DNA of 64,000 nt, taken from the NCBI GenBank assembly GCA_963713925.1, contig OY970212.1, positions 288,001 through 352,000 of the forward strand, given 5' to 3'. Positions within the stretch are counted from its first letter, which is position 1; the number at the start of each line of letters is the position of its first letter. Below the pieces are notes generated by a model that was given only the letters and a program-made list of their open reading frames with translations, searched no databases and was not told where the DNA came from. Source of the DNA: an uncultured bacterium. Lineage in GTDB: Bacteria; Babelota; Babeliae; Babelales; Vermiphilaceae. Of the stretch, positions 48,472-57,683 are shown one piece after another. Both the position numbers and the translations under genes were made by a program.

Positions 48472-49857
48472 TTATTCGAAAAAATATCTGCCTTGGTGTT
48501 GCCCAGGATAGAGCAAATCAGAAAACATGCTTGGCAAGCTCCATGATTGTGATCGTTTATAGCGTCTGATGATATCTGCATACAGCCAAGCACTTGGCTT
48601 TATAGTTCTTTCTTTTGTTTCTCGGTCAACGCCCACGAGGCCAAATTGCATCTTCCAGCCAAAATCCCATTCATAGTTATCAAGCAGTGACCAATAATAA
48701 TAGCCTCTGACATCAACCCCATCTTCTTTGGCGTGTAATAATGCATCGGTGTACGTTTGAATCCAGATTTGTCTGCGGTTATCGCCATGGTCGGCTATCC
48801 CGTTCTCGGTCACATAAATTGGCATGCCGGTTTCATGTAGATCCATAAGTGCATCATACAGCCCTTGCGGGTAGATGGCATATGGCATGTCGGTCATAAT
48901 TTCCCCCGGTTTGCAGGCAGGAACGAGCGGCTCGGTCAGGCTGAACTGTGATTTTAATACGGCGCGTGAATAATAGTTAAGCCCGATAAAATCATAACAG
49001 CGTTTGTGAGGAGCTTCATAGCGCTCGGTCAATCCCGGGATTTGAACGCCGACAAAGGTGCCCGTTTTTAAAAAATCTACGACTGAGGTATTTAGCAGAC
49101 GATTAAAAAGGAACCCGGGCATTGCTTCAAGAGGGTTCCATGCTGAATAGGGTTCAAAGACTAAATATTGATGGTTGAAGCCAATCAGGGCATTTTGCCC
49201 GCCGGGCATTGATTTCAGCTTTTGATAGACTTGCACATGGGCTTGCACCATATTTTTAAGCACCGTCCAGGCTTTGAGGATATTCGTTTTCCCCGGGGGG
49301 AAGACACCCCTGACATACCCTTGGAATGCAAAAATGGTTGGCTCATTGATGATCACCCACAAACGGCACAAATCTGAAAATTCAGAGAAGACGAGAGTAC
49401 AAAACTGTTCAAAATAGGCAAGGTTTTGCTCTTTGGCAAAGCCGCCTTTTCTTTCAAACCAGAGCGGGTGTACAAAATGATGAAGGGTAATCATCGGTTC
49501 GATGCCGGCCTGTTTCAAGGCCAAGAGCAGTTGGCGATAGTGCTCAAGCGCTTCATAGTTGATATTTCCCGGTTCAGGCTCGATAATGCACCATTCAATA
49601 GAGAAACGAAGCGATTGGATGCCCAATTTTTTCATAATGGCAATATCTTCAAGATACCGATCCCAAAATTGGCAGGCGTCGCCTGATTTGTCTTTTAATT
49701 TTTTTTCCCAGGAAGACCAGTTACTTTTTGGGCACACAGCACTGCCTGAGACTTGGTATTCAGAAAGCGCGGCACCCCAAAGAAAATCGGGCAAAGCCGA
49801 TGCAGATAGAGCTGCATGAATAAACAGAGCAATACAGAGAAAATGGCGCATATTCAT
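48472..49857 (-). CDS. Glycoside hydrolase family 1 (beta-glucosidase-like) with signal peptide
   Basis: FLWG, RFSIEW, TLHHF, INEP, GLNYY, TENG, WSLLDNYEW. Confidence 0.93.
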   Translation of the reverse strand: MNMRHFLCIALFIHAALSASALPDFLWGAALSEYQVSGSAVCPKSNWSSWEKKLKDKSGDACQFWDRYLEDIAIMKKLGIQSLRFSIEWCIIEPEPGNINYEALEHYRQLLLALKQAGIEPMITLHHFVHPLWFERKGGFAKEQNLAYFEQFCTLVFSEFSDLCRLWVIINEPTIFAFQGYVRGVFPPGKTNILKAWTVLKNMVQAHVQVYQKLKSMPGGQNALIGFNHQYLVFEPYSAWNPLEAMPGFLFNRLLNTSVVDFLKTGTFVGVQIPGLTERYEAPHKRCYDFIGLNYYSRAVLKSQFSLTEPLVPACKPGEIMTDMPYAIYPQGLYDALMDLHETGMPIYVTENGIADHGDNRRQIWIQTYTDALLHAKEDGVDVRGYYYWSLLDNYEWDFGWKMQFGLVGVDRETKERTIKPSAWLYADIIRRYKRSQSWSLPSMFSDLLYPGQHQGRYFFE

Positions 49858-50141
49858 CAACGTTTCCCAAAAATATATTGATAATCGGGGGCTTTTTGCT
49901 CATGCCTGGATGAAACTCACGTGTATGTGGGATAAAAAATCCCTATGTGATTGTATTTTAACAATAAGTTGTTTCAAATTGAAATGATTTATTGTTAAGA
50001 ATTTCAAGTTTATTTACTTAAAGCATATTTGATGTAGAAAAATATGCAACTGGGGTCAATTTCAGCAGTTAATTTTGCTTGAAGAAATCAATAAAAAAAA
50101 GCATGCTGGGGCTAGTTTTTTGATTACATAAAGGATCAACT

Positions 50142-50459
50142 ATGAAATTACATTTTTTTGCAGTGCTTATTTTTGGGGGAGTTATCCAGGCTGCGGAAAA
50201 TGATGGACCGAAAATCACAATTCCAGATGGGCAAGTGAAGTTGTATAATCGTTGCGATGATAACAGCACGTTTACCATCAGTGGCAGGAAGAAGACTAAA
50301 TTCGTAAGAACAATAGAGACTAATACTGGTTCAGTGATCGTGAAGCTTGAATATCAATGCTATAGCCCATCTCAATATTTGATTCCGGCAACGGTCGGTG
50401 CGACTGTCGGATCGGCAATAACGCTTGCGGTAACGCAAAAAAATTGCGCCATTTTGTAA
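50142..50459 (+). CDS. Secreted protein with C-terminal TM and CaaX box (CAIL)
   Basis: Signal peptide; ends ..ATVGSAITLAVTQKNCAIL*. Confidence 0.7.
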   Translation: MKLHFFAVLIFGGVIQAAENDGPKITIPDGQVKLYNRCDDNSTFTISGRKKTKFVRTIETNTGSVIVKLEYQCYSPSQYLIPATVGATVGSAITLAVTQKNCAIL

Positions 50460-50484
50460 CAATAATTACTTGAAAGGAATTACT

Positions 50485-50946
50485 ATGAAAATATATATGC
50501 TTTTTACCGCCATCGTCTTCGGTGGAATAGTTCAAACAATGATTGGTGCAGATGCTCCTGCCGAAAAAGCTCAGAAATCGAGAAAAGAATCGGAAATTAC
50601 ATTTCATGCGCAAGCCGAGCAAAATGCGTGGAGTTTCACGAAAATGCAGTGGGAGAGTATTCTTAAGGTTTATGCTGTAGACAACGATGAATTTCCTCTC
50701 CATATTTTTACGGAGAAAGAGAAGCAAATGCTTGTGGTATACACGAAAAAGGGAGATGGACGTGTCATCCGTCGAGACATAAATTGCCTTGATCGCATTG
50801 CGAAAAAAACATATGTGCAATTGCCACAAATTCCATATGTTGAAGACCTCAGCCAAACACAATTGCTCTTAGGTGTGGCTGCTGTTAGCGCAACTGCCGG
50901 TTCGGTCGCAACTCTCGCTCTAACTAAAAAATGCACTATTTTATAG
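50485..50946 (+). CDS. Secreted protein with C-terminal TM and CaaX box (CTIL)
   Basis: Signal peptide; ends ..ATAGSVATLALTKKCTIL*. Confidence 0.7.
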   Translation: MKIYMLFTAIVFGGIVQTMIGADAPAEKAQKSRKESEITFHAQAEQNAWSFTKMQWESILKVYAVDNDEFPLHIFTEKEKQMLVVYTKKGDGRVIRRDINCLDRIAKKTYVQLPQIPYVEDLSQTQLLLGVAAVSATAGSVATLALTKKCTIL

Positions 50947-51038
50947 GTAAAATGTAGGCAACCGCGTTTTTGGTTGTTAGTCAATCTGTAATTTTTGTAA
51001 TATACTGTCAGTATACTCTTTACCTTTATAGGGACTTA

Positions 51039-52466
51039 ATGACACGTTTTACCTCTTCCTCACCCAAAAAGAACAAAAAGTCAGACAACCGCCAAAAACC
51101 AGAAGGTCGTCCGGGCAAGAACACTGATACTAGATATCGATCACATGCCGATAGTGACGAAAAACCGAGAAATTCGAATCATCGATCATATAAATCAGAC
51201 AACTCGTCCCGATCAAGATCCGACGATAAGCCTTTTGCGCGAGGCGGCAAACCCCAATCAAAGCCGACTTCCGGCTCTCGTTCCGGCCAATCGCGTCAGG
51301 GTGGCAAACCAGGCGCAGGCTCTGCTCGGGGCAAACAGCAGCAGCGACGTATTGTCACATTTGATCCGTCACTATTTATAAAAAAAGCGGTAGCAACAAA
51401 ACCGGAACAACCGTATATTCCTAAAAATACCTTCAACGATTTTGCCATCGATGAACGAATCAAGAAAAATATTGCTCATCGAGGCTATACACTGCCGACC
51501 AGAGTACAAGACGAAGCGATACCATACATTTTGCAGGGGCGGGATATCGTTGCGAGCGCAAACACAGGCACCGGTAAAACAGCGGCATTCTTGATTCCCT
51601 TGGTTCATAACGTGCTCACGGGAAAAACCAATCGAGCACTTATAATTGTCCCCACACGAGAACTCGCTGTTCAAATTGAAGACGAGTTAAAACTTTTTAA
51701 ACTCAATACTCAATTAAAAGCAGCTGTCTGCATTGGGGGCGCAAACATTGAAACACAGATCAAAAAGCTAGCTTCCCAACCGGAGTTTGTCATCGGAACT
51801 CCTGGCAGATTGATGGATCTTGAAGATCGACGCGCGATCAGTTTTGGCTCATTTGATGCAATCGTTCTTGATGAAGTTGATCGTATGCTTGATATGGGCT
51901 TTATTAACGATGTCAAAAAAATTATCGCGGACCTACCTCGCAAACGTCACTCATTATTCTTTTCCGCGACAATGCCTCAAAGTGCGCAACCGATCATGGA
52001 TAGTTTTTTGAACAATCCGGTGAAGGTAGCAGTCAAAACACGCGAATCAGCCGAGAATGTTAATCAGGATGTCATACGAGTCGGCTCATCAAACAAAATT
52101 GAACTATTGCACGATTTATTAATTAAGCCCGAGTTTAAAAAAGTTATCATCTTTGCTCGCACCAAACGCGCAACGGATAAACTAGGCAAGCAGCTAACCG
52201 AGCGTGGCTTTCAAGTATCTGTGATTCATGGAGATCGCTCACAAGCGCAGCGTCAAAAAGCATTGGATTTGTTAAAAGCGGGCAAAGTGAAAATTTTGTT
52301 GGCAACTGATGTTGTTGCTCGCGGCATTGACATCGATGATGTCACCCACGTTATTAACTATGATTTGCCTCAAACCTATGAGGATTATATCCATAGAATC
52401 GGCCGAACCGGCCGCGCCGATAAGGCCGGAAATGCTATTACGTTTGTGGAAGAACTCAAGAAATAA
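51039..52466 (+). CDS. DEAD-box RNA helicase
   Basis: ANTGTGKT, PTRELA, TPGR, DEVD, FSAT, ARGID, HRIGRTGR; basic disordered N-terminus. Confidence 0.95.
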   Translation: MTRFTSSSPKKNKKSDNRQKPEGRPGKNTDTRYRSHADSDEKPRNSNHRSYKSDNSSRSRSDDKPFARGGKPQSKPTSGSRSGQSRQGGKPGAGSARGKQQQRRIVTFDPSLFIKKAVATKPEQPYIPKNTFNDFAIDERIKKNIAHRGYTLPTRVQDEAIPYILQGRDIVASANTGTGKTAAFLIPLVHNVLTGKTNRALIIVPTRELAVQIEDELKLFKLNTQLKAAVCIGGANIETQIKKLASQPEFVIGTPGRLMDLEDRRAISFGSFDAIVLDEVDRMLDMGFINDVKKIIADLPRKRHSLFFSATMPQSAQPIMDSFLNNPVKVAVKTRESAENVNQDVIRVGSSNKIELLHDLLIKPEFKKVIIFARTKRATDKLGKQLTERGFQVSVIHGDRSQAQRQKALDLLKAGKVKILLATDVVARGIDIDDVTHVINYDLPQTYEDYIHRIGRTGRADKAGNAITFVEELKK

Positions 52467-52547
52467 TATTACAGATCTCGCATTATCTCTATTTGGTCTG
52501 ATATTCTTTATCAGACCAATTTTTTTATGATAGTGGAGTGCATCTGT

Positions 52548-53063
52548 ATGCAGATATTTACGATTGGACATTCAACTCACACCATAGAAGATTTTATAGC
52601 GATTTTAAAACAGTATAACATCACTGAGCTTGTTGATATTCGAACCATTCCCAAATCGCGACATAACCCTCAATTTAATGGCCCTGAATTGGCCCATGCG
52701 CTCAGAAACCATCACATTGGTTATCGCCATGAAAAAAAATTAGGCGGATTGCGCCATGCACATTCAGATTCAATTAATACCGCATGGCACAACGCGTCAT
52801 TTCGAGGATTTGCCGATTATATGCAAACGCCAGAATTTCATGAAGGCATTGAAAAACTGATTGAAATTGCTGGCGACAAAACGGTTGCGATAATGTGTGC
52901 CGAGGCTGTCCCCTGGCGCTGCCATCGATCATTAATTGGAGATGCTCTTCTTGTCCGTCATATAGAAGTTTTTGATATTATGAGCATGACATCGGTGCAT
53001 TCACATACCATGACCCCCTGGGCTGTTGTGAAGGGAACTCAAGTCACCTATCCGGCAGAATGA
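52548..53063 (+). CDS. DUF488 family protein
   Basis: IFTIGHS, VDIRT.P.SR..PQF, LGG.R, MCAEAVPWRCHR. Confidence 0.9.
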   Translation: MQIFTIGHSTHTIEDFIAILKQYNITELVDIRTIPKSRHNPQFNGPELAHALRNHHIGYRHEKKLGGLRHAHSDSINTAWHNASFRGFADYMQTPEFHEGIEKLIEIAGDKTVAIMCAEAVPWRCHRSLIGDALLVRHIEVFDIMSMTSVHSHTMTPWAVVKGTQVTYPAE

Positions 53064-53067
53064 TAAC

Positions 53068-53188
53068 AGCTTATACGAAAATTAAGCATTCTAACTAAAA
53101 AAGGGTTGGTTGTCATGCTGAACTTGTTTCAGCATCCAGGTTAAGTAGATCCTGAAATAAATTCAGGATGACATAGCAATAAGGAATT
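53068..53188. repeat. Family D ~125 bp element, copy 2 (inverted relative to copy 1)
   Basis: GTCATGCTGAACTTGTTTCAGCATC..GATCCTGAAATAAATTCAGGATGAC. Confidence 0.75.
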
Positions 53189-53216
53189 TCTGGGATTTTC
53201 GGATAAGCTCTAAATA

Positions 53217-53918
53217 TTATGCAAGGTTATACGATAATGAGCTGCCATCATGCCCGGATAATATAATATGCTCAACAATAAGCCGAGCATCCATTACGTT
53301 GATAATTCCTTTTTCTGCAGCAAGCTTTTTGATTTGTTCTGCAAGAAAAGTCACATCTTTGTCTGAGCTTTCATACAGTCTGCCAAGCGTGAGATGAGCA
53401 CTAAAGGGAAACGTTCGAGAAGGATATGATGTGAGTTCTGAAAACTCTGCATCCATGTCGGTAATGAGCGCATTGAGTTCCTGAGAAGGAGCCAATTTTA
53501 TGACGACATTGTAATAATTTTTAATTTTTTTACCATCCGTTTCAAATTCGAATTTGCCCTGCCAGCATTCAAGGTGGGCTTTTTGTAGGCTTGCATTCAA
53601 ATTAATTTGTTTGTAACGAGTGGCAAGTGCAGCCAGTTTTGAAATCAAACTTGGCTCTTTTTCTTGCATTTGCTCTACCGATTCTTTGCCATAACTGACA
53701 TATGCCAAAGATAAATGAGGTTGATAAGCACCGGCCACAAACCGATAGTCGCCTGTTCCATCTTTTGCTTCATCCAAAAGTTTTTTGAAATTTTCTTGTG
53801 CGTTTTCAACAATCGCATGAACTTCTTCAGAAAGATCTGCTAACAAAACAACACTTGGAGAAGTGACAATGCTTGAACATAATAAAATGAGAGCAATTAT
53901 TCTATTTTGCAGACGCAT
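53217..53918 (-). CDS. 2H phosphoesterase family protein with signal-peptide-like N-terminus
   Basis: PHLSLAY and AHLTLGR motifs; hydrophobic N-terminus. Confidence 0.75.
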   Translation of the reverse strand: MRLQNRIIALILLCSSIVTSPSVVLLADLSEEVHAIVENAQENFKKLLDEAKDGTGDYRFVAGAYQPHLSLAYVSYGKESVEQMQEKEPSLISKLAALATRYKQINLNASLQKAHLECWQGKFEFETDGKKIKNYYNVVIKLAPSQELNALITDMDAEFSELTSYPSRTFPFSAHLTLGRLYESSDKDVTFLAEQIKKLAAEKGIINVMDARLIVEHIILSGHDGSSLSYNLA

Positions 53919-54108
53919 ATGGATTCCTTGAATTATGTAATGTCATATGATGCATACTACCCCGAAAAGAAAAATTGTTAAATAAGATGTCCCCTTTTCT
54001 CTCGATAATCGTCTAGCAAAGTTATTTGTCAAAGATTTTTGTTGATGATATGCTCCTACTCGTTTAAATCAGAACATGATGTATGAGTTATCTTTTAAAA
54101 GGAATGTT

Positions 54109-54789
54109 ATGAAGTATACGTTCGCAATAGCATTGAGTTTGATGTCATTTTCATCAGTATATGGGATGATGTCACGCCACATACAAGTAAGAAAAGACAC
54201 GCGTCAAAAGCAAACTCACAGAAACTTTTGTTCAAAGGTTGAGCAAAAAACAATGCTAAAAAATGGTTTGTTTCCATTTTACGATAGCTTCTTATCTGTA
54301 AAATATAAGATTGTTTGTAATCCGTTAAGTAATACTTATTTTGAACAAAAAACATCTGGTTCTTCTGTTACTTACTCATATCTCAGTCAATCAAAAGATC
54401 AGACACCAAATTCAAGTTTTACAAAAGTGAATCACCCAAGTAAAAATTTTATAGATCTCTCTAAATCGCTTAATCAAAGATTCAGAGAAATTATGTTTAC
54501 TGATGCTGCAATGTTTCTCCAACAATTGGGAGAAGCACGTTTTGGCAATGGTTTTTCTCGCGATAACATGACTGCATATGTGGAGTCTATGCCGATAGAA
54601 ATTCAAACACATTATAAACAATTATTAATAGATTTGGCTCATAAAAAACTAAAGGTGTGGAATGCAAGCATAAAAGTTGATACTGCTTTTGCAGATGTTG
54701 ATATTATAGAGAAAGGCGGTCATAATTCTCTATTTATAATTAAGGGGATTCGTACAGATATTTGTCTAGATACAAGTTGGAAATGGTAA
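54109..54789 (+). CDS. Secreted hypothetical protein
   Basis: AAGGA RBS; signal peptide followed by an Arg-rich segment. Confidence 0.7.
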   Translation: MKYTFAIALSLMSFSSVYGMMSRHIQVRKDTRQKQTHRNFCSKVEQKTMLKNGLFPFYDSFLSVKYKIVCNPLSNTYFEQKTSGSSVTYSYLSQSKDQTPNSSFTKVNHPSKNFIDLSKSLNQRFREIMFTDAAMFLQQLGEARFGNGFSRDNMTAYVESMPIEIQTHYKQLLIDLAHKKLKVWNASIKVDTAFADVDIIEKGGHNSLFIIKGIRTDICLDTSWKW

Positions 54790-54989
54790 ACTGATTCGTG
54801 CTTTTGAAAAAAGTAAAAAGGTCGCCGGCACTATTAAGATAGCTCTTAAAGGGCAAGCTGTGACGACACATTTAGAGTCGGATCAAAAAGTGAAATGATC
54901 TGACGCATGCTCTTTCTAAAAGAATCAATTTGACACTAAATACAAATCAGGTCACAATCATCTCGAAACCTTGTTTTGGGACGTAAAAA

Positions 54990-55694
54990 ATGACCGAACG
55001 ACAACAACAATTTTATTCTTCAATTCCTGCTTCATGGCGAACACATTTAAAAGATGTCTGCGCTCGACCTGAGATTGATGGGCTTGTTGCGTTTTTGAAA
55101 GAACGCGAAGCGGCAGGTGCAACTATATATCCTGCCAAGCAAAATATTTTTGCTGCAATGCGCGCAATTCCGTTTGATGATGTGAGTGTTGTCATTGTCG
55201 GGCAAGATCCGTATCACGGTCCGGCCCAGGCGCATGGCTTGAGTTTCAGTGTGCCTCCCGGCGTCCCGCAGCCACCATCACTGCGCAATATTTTTAAAGA
55301 ATTGCATAATGATATCGGAATGCCGATACCAAAAAATGGCACATTGACTGGATGGGCACAACAGGGAGTTTTGTTGCTCAATGCAATTTTGACGGTCGAA
55401 GAGGAAAAGCCGGCTGCTCACGCGGGCAAAGGCTGGGAAATTTTTACCGATGCTATTATTGAAAAACTGTTGCAACGCGAACATCCCACTGTTTTAATGC
55501 TCTGGGGGTCATATGCACAAAAAAAGGTGCAAAACCTGCATGCGCATATCGACCCAAAACGTCATCTTATCTTAAAATCAGCCCATCCGTCACCGCTTTC
55601 GGTGACCGGATTTTTAGGCAATCACCATTTTTCAAAGGCAAATGCTTTTTTGAGACAGCATCACATTCCGGAGATTGACTGGTCGGCTGTGTAA
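54990..55694 (+). CDS. ung: Uracil-DNA glycosylase family 1
   Basis: GQDPYHG, HGLSFSV, PPSLRNI, GVLLLN, HPSPLS. Confidence 0.97.
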   Translation: MTERQQQFYSSIPASWRTHLKDVCARPEIDGLVAFLKEREAAGATIYPAKQNIFAAMRAIPFDDVSVVIVGQDPYHGPAQAHGLSFSVPPGVPQPPSLRNIFKELHNDIGMPIPKNGTLTGWAQQGVLLLNAILTVEEEKPAAHAGKGWEIFTDAIIEKLLQREHPTVLMLWGSYAQKKVQNLHAHIDPKRHLILKSAHPSPLSVTGFLGNHHFSKANAFLRQHHIPEIDWSAV

Positions 55695-55695
55695 A

Positions 55696-56622
55696 TTATT
55701 TTCTTTTTTGAACTTCTTCAATACTCGGTTGAGTGGTATCAAGCAGAGCTCTTCCTGCTTCTGCCAAGATTGTATCATGAGGTAAATGATACGCTTGATA
55801 AAAGGCATGCACCACTTTTTGATAGTTGTGGGCATCTTTGCTAAATACCGCGTCATTATGTCCGGCATCTTCGAGTTCATAGAGGTGAACTTTGGTATGA
55901 CCCGCTTCCTTTAATGTGCAATATAAATTGCGGGAACAAAGCACTGATATCAACGAGTCTTTTTTCGAATGAATCAAAATGATAGGAATATCTTGTCGAA
56001 TGAGTTTGATAGCATTGATAGGTTTGAATAGGTTCAAGCCCGATTGATATGCAGGGAAGGCAATTCTTCGTCCAAACGATCCAATTCCGATAGTATTAAG
56101 AAATCCAAATTTATGGGTTAGTAGGTTTTCGAGTGAGTCAAAAGGAGCCTCCAAAATGAGTGCCCTAATGCGAGCCGGTTGGCAAATACCGACATAGTTA
56201 ATAATGGTTGCGGCCCCCATCGAATGCCCGGCAAGAATAATGTCCCCTTCAATTGAATCAAGTTCATTACCTAATGTGTTCATTTCAATGTGTTGCCCGA
56301 AAGAAACCTTGCTTCGATCAAGCGATGTTTTACGAGAAAAATTACCGGTCTCATCTTTAGTCCATTGAGTTTGAGATGATGGAAAATCAAACTGATGTAC
56401 AGGATGATAAAACAAGAAAAAAGAACCATTGTTTCGCTTATATTCTGAGGATTGAGTTTGCCCATCAGGCAACGTCGCTTGGAAAGAGAGCGTATGATCT
56501 TTCACACAATAAGCTGCTTGCAAGCCGGTTCCTCCCAAACCATGACAATAAACAGTGGTTATCGGTTGTTGTGCTACCAGGCCTGAAAAGAGTAAAATAA
56601 GGCTAAAAACGAACTTAAACAT
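55696..56622 (-). CDS. Secreted alpha/beta hydrolase
   Basis: HGLGG, GHSMG nucleophile elbow, ILEAPFD, IHSKKD, GHN. Confidence 0.85.
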   Translation of the reverse strand: MFKFVFSLILLFSGLVAQQPITTVYCHGLGGTGLQAAYCVKDHTLSFQATLPDGQTQSSEYKRNNGSFFLFYHPVHQFDFPSSQTQWTKDETGNFSRKTSLDRSKVSFGQHIEMNTLGNELDSIEGDIILAGHSMGAATIINYVGICQPARIRALILEAPFDSLENLLTHKFGFLNTIGIGSFGRRIAFPAYQSGLNLFKPINAIKLIRQDIPIILIHSKKDSLISVLCSRNLYCTLKEAGHTKVHLYELEDAGHNDAVFSKDAHNYQKVVHAFYQAYHLPHDTILAEAGRALLDTTQPSIEEVQKRK

Positions 56623-56807
56623 GTATTCTCCATACTTTTAGTGACAAATAACCCCATCTTTAACATTAACTCAATCTGACATTGTGTCAATGAGGGAGCT
56701 GTTTTAATTATTTCAATATGAATAAATCAGCTTGTTTCATTGCTCTTTAATAACCAAATTAAGTATATCTCAATACACTTGATCAATTTTTGTCGGGGAG
56801 TATTTGT

Positions 56808-57683
56808 ATGCGCATAAAAGTTATAATGACCTTTCTTATCATCACCAACATCGCCCAAAGCGCCGATTTTTCCGCCACCGCCCGCAAACATGTCGTGATC
56901 ATAGACCCAGATTTTTTTACCACTCCCAAAGATACAAAATCGATGCTCGCAAACTGGAAAGATGCGCCAAGCCTAGGGTTTAATGTAGGTCTCTGGAAAT
57001 TAATACAACTCGCCAACAATGGCACAGCAATACACGAACGCGGTGTACAAATTGCAAAAGAATCCCCCGGAGCGGCAATCACAATACGTAAACTCTTTGG
57101 AGAAGAACTCAAAGACACCTATGGCGAATTTAAAGAACCCGCACTCAAAGCACTTATTTCATTCACAGTGCAACCGACAAAAAAAAGACACGCATTCGAT
57201 TTACTTCGAGAAATCAAAAAGGCAGGGCACTATATTTTCTGCGTAACGATGCATGATGCGGAAGAACATTCAGCCTTTCGAGATTGTTTACGAAAGCAAG
57301 ATGAATGTCTCGTTGAAGTTATCGACGGAGTCATAACCTTGCCTAGCTATGACGCAAATCCTGCTCCCGGATCATCGTTTTCTACCCACGAAACACATAC
57401 TAATAAAAACATGTGGTTTATCTCTCATAGCATCGCAGAAGATAATTATGTGGAGATATTCGAAAAATTTATGGAAAAAATGGGCGAACGATCCACTCCG
57501 CTTGTTACTTTGCAAAGCAATAAGCCGACTGATTCAAGTTTGATAATATCCATCAATGACCGGATAGCAAAAATGACTAAAAAAAATGAAACGACTCACA
57601 TCTTTCAAGACGACATGGACCTCATCAGGCGTGATTTACGGTTGCTCGGCGTATTGCCCAAACTTCCCAAAGCTACCGTTTAA
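56808..57683 (+). CDS. Secreted hypothetical protein
   Basis: Signal peptide; 291-aa ORF. Confidence 0.65.
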   Translation: MRIKVIMTFLIITNIAQSADFSATARKHVVIIDPDFFTTPKDTKSMLANWKDAPSLGFNVGLWKLIQLANNGTAIHERGVQIAKESPGAAITIRKLFGEELKDTYGEFKEPALKALISFTVQPTKKRHAFDLLREIKKAGHYIFCVTMHDAEEHSAFRDCLRKQDECLVEVIDGVITLPSYDANPAPGSSFSTHETHTNKNMWFISHSIAEDNYVEIFEKFMEKMGERSTPLVTLQSNKPTDSSLIISINDRIAKMTKKNETTHIFQDDMDLIRRDLRLLGVLPKLPKATV

